Shown here in pieces: positions 49,670-58,469 of a DNA stretch of 64,000 bases. The notes beneath the pieces were generated by a model. It had not been told where the DNA came from and ran no database searches. It saw nothing but the letters and a program-made list of their open reading frames with translations. How positions within the stretch are numbered: the stretch's first letter is position 1; the number at the start of each line of letters is the position of its first letter. Position numbers and translations under genes: made by a program. Origin of the DNA: an uncultured Verrucomicrobiota bacterium (lineage in GTDB: Bacteria; Verrucomicrobiota; Kiritimatiellia; CAIQIC01; Lenti-01); assembly GCA_938003985.1 (NCBI GenBank), contig CALKWZ010000031.1, positions 4,173 through 68,172 on the forward strand, written 5' to 3'.

Positions 49670-50782
49670 ATGAACACGCCTGAATCCGCCCCGCTCCGCC
49701 CGCAACGCCTCAACGCCACCGCCCTGTCGCTCGGCCTGCTGGCCGTCATCGCGGTCGGCGCGGTGCTCAAAGCCGCGCAGGGCGTCGTCATCCCCCTGCT
49801 CATCGCGTGGCTGCTCAGCTATCTCCTCGCCCCTGCCGTCACCTTCCTCGTGCGCCGCCTGCGCTTCCCCGCCCCCCTCGCCGTCGCCGGCGTGGTTCTC
49901 CTGCTGCTCCTCGCCTCCTGGGGCGCCGGCCTCGTCATCCACCAGCGCCTGCTCGCCTTCGCCAAGGCCTTCCCGGCCTATCAGGAAAAGCTCGCCGCCC
50001 TCTACGCCCACTACGGCACCGAACTCAACGTGCCCGCATCCGTCCTCAAGGATCTCGATTTGACCGCGCAAATCGGGCCGCTCGTCCTGCGCACGTCCCG
50101 CTTCTTCATCGCCTTCATCACCAACGCCGTGCTCGTGATGATCTTCCTCGTGTTCATGCTGCTGGCCAAGCCGTTCGCCAACGACAAGCTCCGCGCCGCC
50201 TTCTCCCCCGAACGCGCCGACGCCTTCATCTCCGTCACCAACGCCATCTCCCGCCAGATCGGCGCGTATCTCGGCGCGCTCTTCGTCATTTCGCTCGTCA
50301 CCGGTCTCGTCGTCTGGGGCGCCCTCGCCTGGATCGGCGTCGAGTTCGCCTTCACGTGGGGCCTGCTCGCCTTCGTCCTCAACTTCATTCCCACCCTCGG
50401 CTCCATCGTCGCGAGCCTCCCGCCCGTCCTCATGGCCCTCGCCCAGTTCGCCCCCTCCTTCTGGCCCGCCGTCGGCGTCGCGGCCGCCCTCTTCGTCATC
50501 CAGCAGACCCTCGGCAACTTCATCGCCCCCAAGGTCTACGGCGACCGCCTCAACCTCTCGCCCGTGGTCATCCTGCTCTTCCTCGTCTTCTGGGGCTGGC
50601 TGTGGGGCATCACCGGCGCGCTGCTGGCGGTGCCGCTGGCCGCCGCCATCCAGATCGCCCTCGCGCACATCCCCGCCCTCGCTCCCCTCGCCGTCCTCAT
50701 GGGCTCCGGCAAGCGCTACGCCAAGAAAAATCCGCCGCCCGCAACCCGGACGGCGGATGAACGGCCCGCGAACCGCGATTGA
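49670..50782 (+). CDS. AI-2E family transporter (PerM/YdiK/TqsA-like, UPF0118)
   Basis: 370 aa; eight TM helices with characteristic motifs (IISLVTGLVVW, FIPTLGSIV). Confidence 0.85.
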   Translation: MNTPESAPLRPQRLNATALSLGLLAVIAVGAVLKAAQGVVIPLLIAWLLSYLLAPAVTFLVRRLRFPAPLAVAGVVLLLLLASWGAGLVIHQRLLAFAKAFPAYQEKLAALYAHYGTELNVPASVLKDLDLTAQIGPLVLRTSRFFIAFITNAVLVMIFLVFMLLAKPFANDKLRAAFSPERADAFISVTNAISRQIGAYLGALFVISLVTGLVVWGALAWIGVEFAFTWGLLAFVLNFIPTLGSIVASLPPVLMALAQFAPSFWPAVGVAAALFVIQQTLGNFIAPKVYGDRLNLSPVVILLFLVFWGWLWGITGALLAVPLAAAIQIALAHIPALAPLAVLMGSGKRYAKKNPPPATRTADERPANRD

Positions 50783-50794
50783 TCGGACGAACGC

Positions 50795-51892
50795 CTACGG
50801 TGCTTCGTTCGCGACCGGAGTCGCGTCCGGAATCGGCGGCGGCTCGAGCGGCGCCGCTTCTTCCGCGACGGCCGGGGCCGGTTCGGCGGGCGCGGGCTCC
50901 GTCTTGCGCACCAGCGCATCGCGTTTCGCCACCAGCGCATCGCCCAGATAGGCCGGGACCAGAAACGCCCGGCCGGCCAGCTTTTTCGCCGTCGCGGCGG
51001 GCACGTCGCCCGTCGCCTCGATCCGCACCGGGCGGCCGTTGCCGCGGTCGGCCTGCGCCGCGCCGATTTCGATCCGATAGGTCGCGCCTTCCGTTTCCGC
51101 CTTATAAGTCGCAACTTCCGCAAACACTTTTTCGGCTTCCTCCGCCGAAAGGATCTCGTCCGCACGCAGATTGCGCAGCGCGCCGAACAGCCGCTCGGCC
51201 GCTGCCGCATCCACTTCCTCGCCTTCGGCCGCGCCCGCCAGCGCGAACATGCCGGCCTCGCCGCGCTCGAGCGCGACGGTTTCGCCTTCGCCCGCGACTT
51301 CCACCTTGCGGACGGTTTCAGGCTCGATTTCCAGCAGCGCGCGGTCCCACCACTGCGCGGGATCCGCGTCGGCCCCGGGCAGGTCGTCCTTGAGCAGCAG
51401 GACCGGACCGTCGTCCACCCGCACGTAGCGGCCGGCCGGCGGCCCCCAGTATTCCTCGCCGCGCCGCGGCGCGCGCGTTTTTCCGAGGCTGATCGTCGTC
51501 GTGCCGGCGGCGTGCTCCAGCGCGATCCGCAGCGGCGCTTCCGCGCCTTCCGCCGCCAAGCCGTATTCAGCCAGGCGGTCCGCGCCTTGGTCCGCGACCT
51601 GCGCGTCGTCCGTTTCGTCCAGCGCCTGGATCAGCCCGCGCAACCGGCGGACGTCGGCGGAACAATCGCCCTTCTCGGCCACGCACCAGACGCCGTCCGC
51701 CTGCGCGAGGCGCGTCGTGGCCGCCGCCGTTTCCAGCGCGACGGCGCGTACCGTCGCCAGATCCACGCCCGGCAGCAACCGCCCGCCCGCGGCGAACGCC
51801 GCCGCCGGCGCCGCGCGCCGCACGTTCCACCAGACCGCGGCCGACAGCGCCGCCAGCACGATCACCAACATCCACATCGTTTTCTTGGACAT
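50795..51892 (-). CDS. DUF4340-domain protein (accessory component of GldG-type ABC systems)
   Basis: 365 aa; N-terminal signal anchor; located immediately downstream of the gldG-like gene. Confidence 0.65.
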   Translation of the reverse strand: MSKKTMWMLVIVLAALSAAVWWNVRRAAPAAAFAAGGRLLPGVDLATVRAVALETAAATTRLAQADGVWCVAEKGDCSADVRRLRGLIQALDETDDAQVADQGADRLAEYGLAAEGAEAPLRIALEHAAGTTTISLGKTRAPRRGEEYWGPPAGRYVRVDDGPVLLLKDDLPGADADPAQWWDRALLEIEPETVRKVEVAGEGETVALERGEAGMFALAGAAEGEEVDAAAAERLFGALRNLRADEILSAEEAEKVFAEVATYKAETEGATYRIEIGAAQADRGNGRPVRIEATGDVPAATAKKLAGRAFLVPAYLGDALVAKRDALVRKTEPAPAEPAPAVAEEAAPLEPPPIPDATPVANEAP

Positions 51893-51911
51893 GGTCGTTC
51901 TCCTTTCCCGA

Positions 51912-53789
51912 TCAAGCCGCGGATTGCCGGCGCCGGCGCCAGCCCAGCCCGATGCCGAACGCCGCCACCAGCAGCGGCACCGCCGCCATGTTGAGCACCT
52001 TCAGCGCCAGCCCGAGGTTCTCGATGCGGCTGCGCAGGTTCTTGCGGACTTCCTTGAGCTGCCGCTGGGTCTCGAACCGCTCCTGGCGGAATTTCTCCAC
52101 CTCCGCCTTCTGCTCGGCGCTGAGCACCAGCTGCTGGTCCGCGCTCTTGGCGGCCTGCAGTTCGTTGAGCCGCCGCTGGGCTTCTTCCAGCTTCTGCTGC
52201 AGCTTCTCTTCTTCGACCTGCCAGCGTTCCTGCGCGGCTTTTTCCATGGCCAGCACGCGGTCGAAGGGCCGGTTGAACGTCCCGCGCCCGCGAAGCCCGA
52301 TCAGCGCCGGGTTGCCCGAGAGCTGCTCGACGAGGTTCAGCACGAAGTTCAGGTTGTCGTTGAACGGCTGGTAGAGCGTCCGGCCGAAGAAGTTGATCGC
52401 GCGCGCCGAATAGTCGTTCGCAAGCAGGTCCGCGTCGGCCACCAGCACCACCGCGCCGTCCTTGGCGCTCTCCTTGAGCCACGCGTTCGTCGCGGCGGCG
52501 ATCTCGTTGGTGGCGCCATCCGGCTTGGGTTGGCCGTCGGGGAACGCGGTCTTGAACTTCCCGGCCAGGCGCACCGCCAGCGCCGCGTTCGGCGCCGGCT
52601 GGCCGTCGCGCGGATTCGCGCCCGTCGGATTCCGCGCCAGATAGGCGTTCAGCGTCGCCGCGTTGGCCGAAGCCCGGACCAGCGTTTTCATTTCGAGCCC
52701 CTCCGCCGGCGTCCCGACGAACGCGCCCGCGAAGGGCAGCATCAGGTTTTCCAGCGAGCCCGTCGCGATCTCGTCGCGGTCGAGGTTGTCCCCGCCCCGC
52801 AGCGAGAGCCACGCCGGCAGCCGCTCCGCGTGCCCGTCGCCGACGTTGATCGGCGTCGCCGCCGCCAGGTCCACCACGACCTGCGCCGGCGACATCTCGA
52901 CGCCCCACGCTTTCGTCAGGCGGTTGAGATCGGACGACAGCTGCGGCCGGCCGAAGCCCTCTTGCATTTCCTCTTCGCCGACGAGCGCCATCGGATCCAT
53001 GAACGCCAGCAACCGCCCGCCCTTCAGCACGAACTGGTCCAGCGCGAACAGCGTGCGCTCGGACAGGCTGCGCGGATGCACCGCCACGAGCGCATCGACG
53101 TCGTCCGGGATCGCCTCCGCCTCCGGTTCCACCGGCACCACCTCGTAGGATTTCTTGAGTTCGGCCGCAAAGAGCCAATCCTGCTTGCGCGCCGGCGCGA
53201 ACGGCGAGGCCGGCTCCGCCAGCACCGGCAGGGTGCTCAGGAGGCCGATGCGCGGACGCCGCGCCTGGGTTGTTTCCTGCACCAGCCGCGCCACGAGGTA
53301 TTCCATCTGCGGCTCGGCCGACGGATCGAGGAACGGGATCGCGGCTTCCTTCGTGCCCGCCACCGCCACCAGGCCCAGATAAAAATCGGGGGGCATCCCG
53401 AGCCCGCCGGTCGCCTGCGGGATCAGCCCGTAGCGCTGCGCCCATTCCTCCGCGTCCGAATCCGGCTGCGGATCGTAGGTTTCCAGCGTCACCTTCCCGC
53501 CGCTGCGCGCGGCGAGGTCGCGCAGGAAGTCCTGCGTGCGCTGCACGTAGTTCTTCAGCGCGGGCGGCAGGTTCGCATTGCCCTTGCTGTAGTAGAATTT
53601 CAGCGTCACCGGCCGTTCCAGTTCCCGCAGCATCCGGACCGTGCCCGGCGCCAGCGTGTAGAGCCGCTCCGCCGTCAGGTCCTTGCGCAGGCGCACCGGC
53701 GCCACCAGCGCGTTCGCCGCGATCAAAATGCCCAGCACCGCCAAGCCGCCGGCCGCCCCGGCGAAGAGTTTCGACGTCGTCTTTTTCAT
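51912..53789 (-). CDS. GldG-like ABC transporter auxiliary protein
   Basis: 625 aa; N-terminal and C-terminal TM anchors flanking a large extracytoplasmic domain; architecture and position match GldG. Confidence 0.8.
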   Translation of the reverse strand: MKKTTSKLFAGAAGGLAVLGILIAANALVAPVRLRKDLTAERLYTLAPGTVRMLRELERPVTLKFYYSKGNANLPPALKNYVQRTQDFLRDLAARSGGKVTLETYDPQPDSDAEEWAQRYGLIPQATGGLGMPPDFYLGLVAVAGTKEAAIPFLDPSAEPQMEYLVARLVQETTQARRPRIGLLSTLPVLAEPASPFAPARKQDWLFAAELKKSYEVVPVEPEAEAIPDDVDALVAVHPRSLSERTLFALDQFVLKGGRLLAFMDPMALVGEEEMQEGFGRPQLSSDLNRLTKAWGVEMSPAQVVVDLAAATPINVGDGHAERLPAWLSLRGGDNLDRDEIATGSLENLMLPFAGAFVGTPAEGLEMKTLVRASANAATLNAYLARNPTGANPRDGQPAPNAALAVRLAGKFKTAFPDGQPKPDGATNEIAAATNAWLKESAKDGAVVLVADADLLANDYSARAINFFGRTLYQPFNDNLNFVLNLVEQLSGNPALIGLRGRGTFNRPFDRVLAMEKAAQERWQVEEEKLQQKLEEAQRRLNELQAAKSADQQLVLSAEQKAEVEKFRQERFETQRQLKEVRKNLRSRIENLGLALKVLNMAAVPLLVAAFGIGLGWRRRRQSAA

Positions 53790-53819
53790 TCGCTCACCTC
53801 TTTGGAAAAGGACCCGCGC

Positions 53820-54563
53820 CTAGCGCCCCGTCCGGTTCGCCAGCACCAGTTGCGTCAGGAACAGCATGAAGCCCGTCGCGCTGCCGAAGTACAGGAAGTC
53901 GCGCAGGTCGAGCACGCCGCGCTGCATGGCCTCGTAGTGGGGCATGAAGCCGAACGCGGCCACGCCGTCCACGACCCACGCCGGCGCCCAGCGCGCGAGC
54001 AGTTCCGTCACCGGCTGGAAGCCCGCCAGGATCAGGAACAGGCCGCCCACCACCGCGAGGACGAAGCTCACGACCTGGTTGCGCGTCAGCGCGGAGGTGA
54101 ACATCCCCAGCGCCAGATAGGCCCCCGCCAGCAGCAGGCTCGCGAGGTAGCCCGAGACCACCACGCCCCAGTCCGGCTGGCCCAGCCACGCCGCCGTCAG
54201 CGGCACCGGGAACGTCAGCGCCAGCGCCAGGGCCAGGAAGCCCCACGCCGCCGCCATCTTCCCCGCGATCGCCTGCGCGGGCGTGACGGCCGAGGTAAAG
54301 AGCATTTCCAGCGTGCCCTGCCGCCGCTCCTCCGCCCACAGGCGCATCGCCACCGCCGGCACCAGGATCAGGTACAGCCACGGATGCCAGAAGAAGAAGC
54401 CGCGCAGGTCGGCCTGCCCCGCTTCGTAGAAGCCTCCCACCGAAAACGTGAAGAACCCGGCCAGCGCCAGGAAAATCACGATGAACACGTACGCCACCGG
54501 CGAATGGAAATAGGCGCTCCATTCGCGCTTCGCGATGGCCCGGGCATGTGCGCAGAATTCCAT
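53820..54563 (-). CDS. ABC-2 family permease (GldF-like)
   Basis: 247 aa; six TM helices, ABC-2 type. Confidence 0.8.
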   Translation of the reverse strand: MEFCAHARAIAKREWSAYFHSPVAYVFIVIFLALAGFFTFSVGGFYEAGQADLRGFFFWHPWLYLILVPAVAMRLWAEERRQGTLEMLFTSAVTPAQAIAGKMAAAWGFLALALALTFPVPLTAAWLGQPDWGVVVSGYLASLLLAGAYLALGMFTSALTRNQVVSFVLAVVGGLFLILAGFQPVTELLARWAPAWVVDGVAAFGFMPHYEAMQRGVLDLRDFLYFGSATGFMLFLTQLVLANRTGR

Positions 54564-54582
54564 GGATCTTTCTCCTTTCGTC

Positions 54583-55536
54583 CTAGACGGCGGGCTTCGC
54601 CACGTCCGCCGTCGTCGTGATCTGGCGGAACACCTCGTCGAGCCGGCCCGGATCGGACCGCATCTCCGTCACCATCCATTTGTGCTGCGCGGCGGTTTCC
54701 ACCGCGCCCACCGCCAGCGACTGGCGGTCGCGCGGCACGAGCCGCAGCACCTGCTTGCGGTCGTCGCCCGCCACGAATTCCACCCGCTCCACGTCCGGGA
54801 TCCGGCCGAACGCCTGCAGCGCCTCCGCGCGCGGGGCCAGGAGCTCCACCGTCAGCGCGTTGTAGCTCGCGCTGCGCTTCTTCAGGTCCGCCGGGGCGCT
54901 GTCCGCCTTCAGCCGGCCTTCGCTGATGATGACCGCCCGCGAGCACAGCGCCTCGACCTCCTCCAGCACGTGGGTCGAGAGCAGGATGATCTTCTCCTGC
55001 GCCATCGCGTGGATCATGTCGCGGACGACCTGCTTCTGGTTCGGGTCCAGGCCTTCCGTCGGTTCGTCCAGCAGCAGGACCGCCGGATCGTGCAGCAGCG
55101 CCTGCGCCAGCGACGTCCGCCGGCGGTAGCCCTTCGACAGCGTGTCGATCGTCTGGTGGCGCACCTTCGCGAGCATGCACTTCTCGAGGATCGCGTCCAC
55201 CCGGCGGTCGCGCTCCTTGCCGGAAAACCCGCGCAGCTCCGCCAGGAAGCCCAGGAACCCCGCCACCGTCATCTCGTCGTAGAGCGGCGTGTTCTCCGGC
55301 ATGTAGCCGATCTGCTTCTGCGCCGCCACCGGGTCGGCCACCACGTCGATGCCGTTGACCGAAACCGCTCCCGCCGTCGGCGGCAAGTACCCCGCGATCA
55401 TTCGGATCGTCGTCGTCTTGCCGGCCCCGTTCGGCCCCAGCACCCCCAGCACCGTGCCTTTGTCCACCGCGAACGACACGTCGTCCACGGCCGTCCGCAA
55501 CCCGAACTTCTTGACCAAATGCTCCACCTTGATCAT
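54583..55536 (-). CDS. ABC transporter ATP-binding protein (GldA-like)
   Basis: 317 aa from ATG 55536; Walker A GPNGAGKTT, signature LSKGYRRRTSLAQAL, Walker B LLLDEPTEGLD. Confidence 0.85.
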   Translation of the reverse strand: MIKVEHLVKKFGLRTAVDDVSFAVDKGTVLGVLGPNGAGKTTTIRMIAGYLPPTAGAVSVNGIDVVADPVAAQKQIGYMPENTPLYDEMTVAGFLGFLAELRGFSGKERDRRVDAILEKCMLAKVRHQTIDTLSKGYRRRTSLAQALLHDPAVLLLDEPTEGLDPNQKQVVRDMIHAMAQEKIILLSTHVLEEVEALCSRAVIISEGRLKADSAPADLKKRSASYNALTVELLAPRAEALQAFGRIPDVERVEFVAGDDRKQVLRLVPRDRQSLAVGAVETAAQHKWMVTEMRSDPGRLDEVFRQITTTADVAKPAV

Positions 55537-55768
55537 GCGCGCATTCCTTTTCTTGGCTGTCTCCAGGCCCATGTCGGGCCATGATTTTCCGCATGAGCAG
55601 ACCCCATGCCAATTTCGATCAAGAGCCCGTGAACTCCCCCAAAACGCCCATGAAAGCCCCTTTGGGCAGCCTGACTTGCGCCCGGCTTGCGACAAAATCA
55701 CGCACCGGGCTGCGACGTTTTGTCCGCCCGGTGTCTCACCGGTCGGGTCAAGGGCAACGGTTCCGCAC

Positions 55769-56446
55769 CTAAGGCGCGGGCGGTTGGAGAGCGGCGTCCT
55801 GCGCGCGCTTGTAGTCCAAGGCGCGCACGAGAACCTCGGCCAGGGAGGCGCAACCGAGCTTGCGCTTGATGTTGGCGCGGTGCACGTCGACCGTGCGGCC
55901 GCTCAGGCCGAATTTTTCGGCGATGTCGCGCGTGGTGAGGCCGCCGCCGATGGCATAGAGGATTTCCGTTTCGCGCGCGGTCAGGCCGGGAACGCCGTCG
56001 GCGCCCTTTTCGGCCGCGGCGGCCGGAGCCGCCAGCAGTTTTTCCGCCGCGGGGCTCAGATACGTCCCGCCGGCTTGGACCTGGCGCAGCGCGGCGACCA
56101 GCGTTTCCTCGGCCTGGTCCTTCATGACGTAGCCCTGCGCGCCGGCGCGCAGCGCCTTTTCGGCGTAGACGGCTTCGTCGTGCATCGAGAGCACGAGGAT
56201 CTTGCCGGCATATCCTTTCGCGCGCGCCTCGCGGATCCAGTCGAGGCCGCTGCGGTCGCGCAGCGACAGATCGAGCACGACGCCGTCCGGCGCGAGCGCC
56301 GCCAGGGCGGCGAGGCCGTCTTCGTAGGTGCCCGCTTCGCCGGCGACGGCGAAATCGGCTTCGCGCGCGAGCAAGGCGGCCAGGCCCTGGCGCACGATGG
56401 CGTGGTCGTCCACGAGCAGGAGGGTCGTTTTTCCGGCGGCGGCCAT
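55769..56446 (-). CDS. NarL/FixJ-family response regulator (REC plus LuxR-type HTH)
   Basis: 225 aa; REC phospho-acceptor context LLVDDH...VVLDLSLRD, conserved Lys; C-terminal LTARETEILYAIGGGLTTRDIAEKFGLSGRTVDVHRANIKRKL. Confidence 0.85.
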   Translation of the reverse strand: MAAAGKTTLLLVDDHAIVRQGLAALLAREADFAVAGEAGTYEDGLAALAALAPDGVVLDLSLRDRSGLDWIREARAKGYAGKILVLSMHDEAVYAEKALRAGAQGYVMKDQAEETLVAALRQVQAGGTYLSPAAEKLLAAPAAAAEKGADGVPGLTARETEILYAIGGGLTTRDIAEKFGLSGRTVDVHRANIKRKLGCASLAEVLVRALDYKRAQDAALQPPAP

Positions 56447-56456
56447 GGCGGGGCTC

Positions 56457-57455
56457 CTAGTCGCGCTCCGCGCGCGGATCGCGGCGCATCAGTTCGACCA
56501 CGGCGTCCTTGGGTTTCTTGCCGCAGCGCAAAATGGCGTCCACCTGTTCCATGACGGGCGCGGCCACGCCGGCCTGGCGCGCGAGCGCCAGCGCCGGGCC
56601 GCAGGTGCAGACGCCTTCGGCCACCTGCACCATGCCGCCGAGGATGTCCGCGACGCTTTCGCCGCGGCCGAGGCGCTCGCCGACGGTGCGGTTGCGGCTC
56701 TGCGGGCTCATGCAGGTCACCATCAGGTCGCCGATGCCGCTCAAGCCGTAGAAGGTCTGCGGATGCGCGCCGAGCGCGACGCCCAGGCGGGTCATTTCGG
56801 CCAGGCCGCGCGTGATCAGCGCCGCCTTGGCGTTGTTGCCGAAGCCCAGGCCGTCGCAGATGCCGGCCGCGAGGGCGATGACGTTCTTGAGGGCGCCGCC
56901 CAACTCGACGCCGCGCACGTCGTCGCTCGTGTAGGCGCGGAAGGCGTCGCCGGTGAACCATTCCTGGAAGCGCCGCGCGCGCGCTTCGTCGGCGCAGGCG
57001 ATCGTGACGGCCGTGGGCACGCCGCGCGCGGTCTCGGGGGCGATGCTCGGGCCGGAAAGCGCCGCGGGATGTTCCGCGCTCCACAGCTCGGCCAAGATTT
57101 CGGTCATGCGCTCGCGGGTGGTTTCGTCGAAGCCCTTGGTGGCGCTGACGACCGGGGGCGCGCCGGCGGCGCGGTAGGCGCCGGCGAAGCGCTCGAGCGT
57201 GGCGCGCACGTATTTCGACGGCACGACCAGGACGACCGCTTCGGCGCCGGCGAGCGTTTCGTCGGGATCGGCCGTCCAGCCGATGCTCTCGGGCAGCTCC
57301 ACGCCGGGCAGAAACTTGCGGTTGCGGCGGGTGGCGCGGATCTCGCCGAGATAGTCCGCGTCCGGCCCCCAGACGCGCGGCGCGTGGCCGTGGCGGGCCA
57401 GCGTCAACGCCAGCGCGGTGCCCCAGCCCCCGTCGCCGATGACCGCGATCTTCAT
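56457..57455 (-). CDS. gpsA: NAD(P)H-dependent glycerol-3-phosphate dehydrogenase
   Basis: 332 aa; KIAVIGDGGWGTALA, VPSK, GALKNVIALAAG, GDLMVTC motifs. Confidence 0.9.
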   Translation of the reverse strand: MKIAVIGDGGWGTALALTLARHGHAPRVWGPDADYLGEIRATRRNRKFLPGVELPESIGWTADPDETLAGAEAVVLVVPSKYVRATLERFAGAYRAAGAPPVVSATKGFDETTRERMTEILAELWSAEHPAALSGPSIAPETARGVPTAVTIACADEARARRFQEWFTGDAFRAYTSDDVRGVELGGALKNVIALAAGICDGLGFGNNAKAALITRGLAEMTRLGVALGAHPQTFYGLSGIGDLMVTCMSPQSRNRTVGERLGRGESVADILGGMVQVAEGVCTCGPALALARQAGVAAPVMEQVDAILRCGKKPKDAVVELMRRDPRAERD

Positions 57456-58414
57456 TTCGCGTTCCCGGCCCGTTCGGCCACCACGATCTCGTTGGTCCGC
57501 GCGGCCGGGGTCTGCGCCTTGGCGAAGGGCGTGGTCAGATAGACGTACTTGATCCACGAATTGAAGAATTCGTTGCGGTTCGCCCGCCAGTTGTTGACGG
57601 GATTCTTCTCGTCGAGGTTTTCCAGCGGACCGACGTCGGGCCGGCCTTTCTGGCGGTCGCGGCGCGCCTCGGACAGCAGGCGCGAGGAATTGTATTCCTG
57701 GTGGCCCAGATGCATGACGATCTGGTGGTCGGGCGTCTCGAAGATCGTGTAGCCGCCCTTTTCCGCGTGCGCGAGCAGGCGGACCTTGCCGTCCTTTTCC
57801 GCGGCCTCGAGCGCGGCGTCGTCGATGCCGGAATGCCGGCTCTGCGGACACCAGAAGACGTCGTCGAGCCCGCCGGTGATGGGGTGGCCCGGCACGAGGC
57901 TGCGCGTGGGATAGACCCCGAACACCTTCTGCGGATACATCTTCTTCTCGATGCCGAGGTACTTCGCCAGCGCGAGCCCGCCCCAGCAGATGCCGAGGAG
58001 GCAGGTGCCGGACGCCCGCGCGACGTCGATGATCCCGCACAGTTCCTTCCAGTAGGTCACGGTTTCCCACGGCAGTTCCTCGACCGGCGCGCCGGTCACG
58101 ATCAGGCCGTCGAGGGAGGCCACCGATTGCGCCCAGTCGTAGGGCACGTAGTGCCGGTCGAGGTGGGCGTGGTCGGAACTCTTGTAGTCGTGCGTCCGCA
58201 GCCGGATCCAGATGGGCACGATCTGGAGGATGCTGCGGCCCATCGGCGCGAGGAGGTTGAATTCGTAGTCCTCCGCGTGGGGCATGATGTTGAGGATGCC
58301 GATGCGCAGCGGACGGATATCCTGGTGCTCGGCGGCCTCTTCGCTCAGCCACGCGACGTGGTTGCGGTCGAACAGCGGCTTGAGCCGGTGGTTGGGCGAC
58401 AATCGAATGGTCAC
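57452..58414 (-). CDS. metA: Homoserine O-acyltransferase (MetA family; succinyl- or acetyl-transferase)
   Basis: 320 aa; PLRIGILNIMP, GLIVTGAPVE, CWGGLALAKY, MHLGHQEYN motifs; ATGA overlap with gpsA. Confidence 0.85.
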   Translation of the reverse strand: MTIRLSPNHRLKPLFDRNHVAWLSEEAAEHQDIRPLRIGILNIMPHAEDYEFNLLAPMGRSILQIVPIWIRLRTHDYKSSDHAHLDRHYVPYDWAQSVASLDGLIVTGAPVEELPWETVTYWKELCGIIDVARASGTCLLGICWGGLALAKYLGIEKKMYPQKVFGVYPTRSLVPGHPITGGLDDVFWCPQSRHSGIDDAALEAAEKDGKVRLLAHAEKGGYTIFETPDHQIVMHLGHQEYNSSRLLSEARRDRQKGRPDVGPLENLDEKNPVNNWRANRNEFFNSWIKYVYLTTPFAKAQTPAARTNEIVVAERAGNAK

Positions 58415-58469
58415 GGTCGGTTCCTCACAAGCAAATCATCCTGCCACCGGGCGCCCGCGGCTGTCCATC

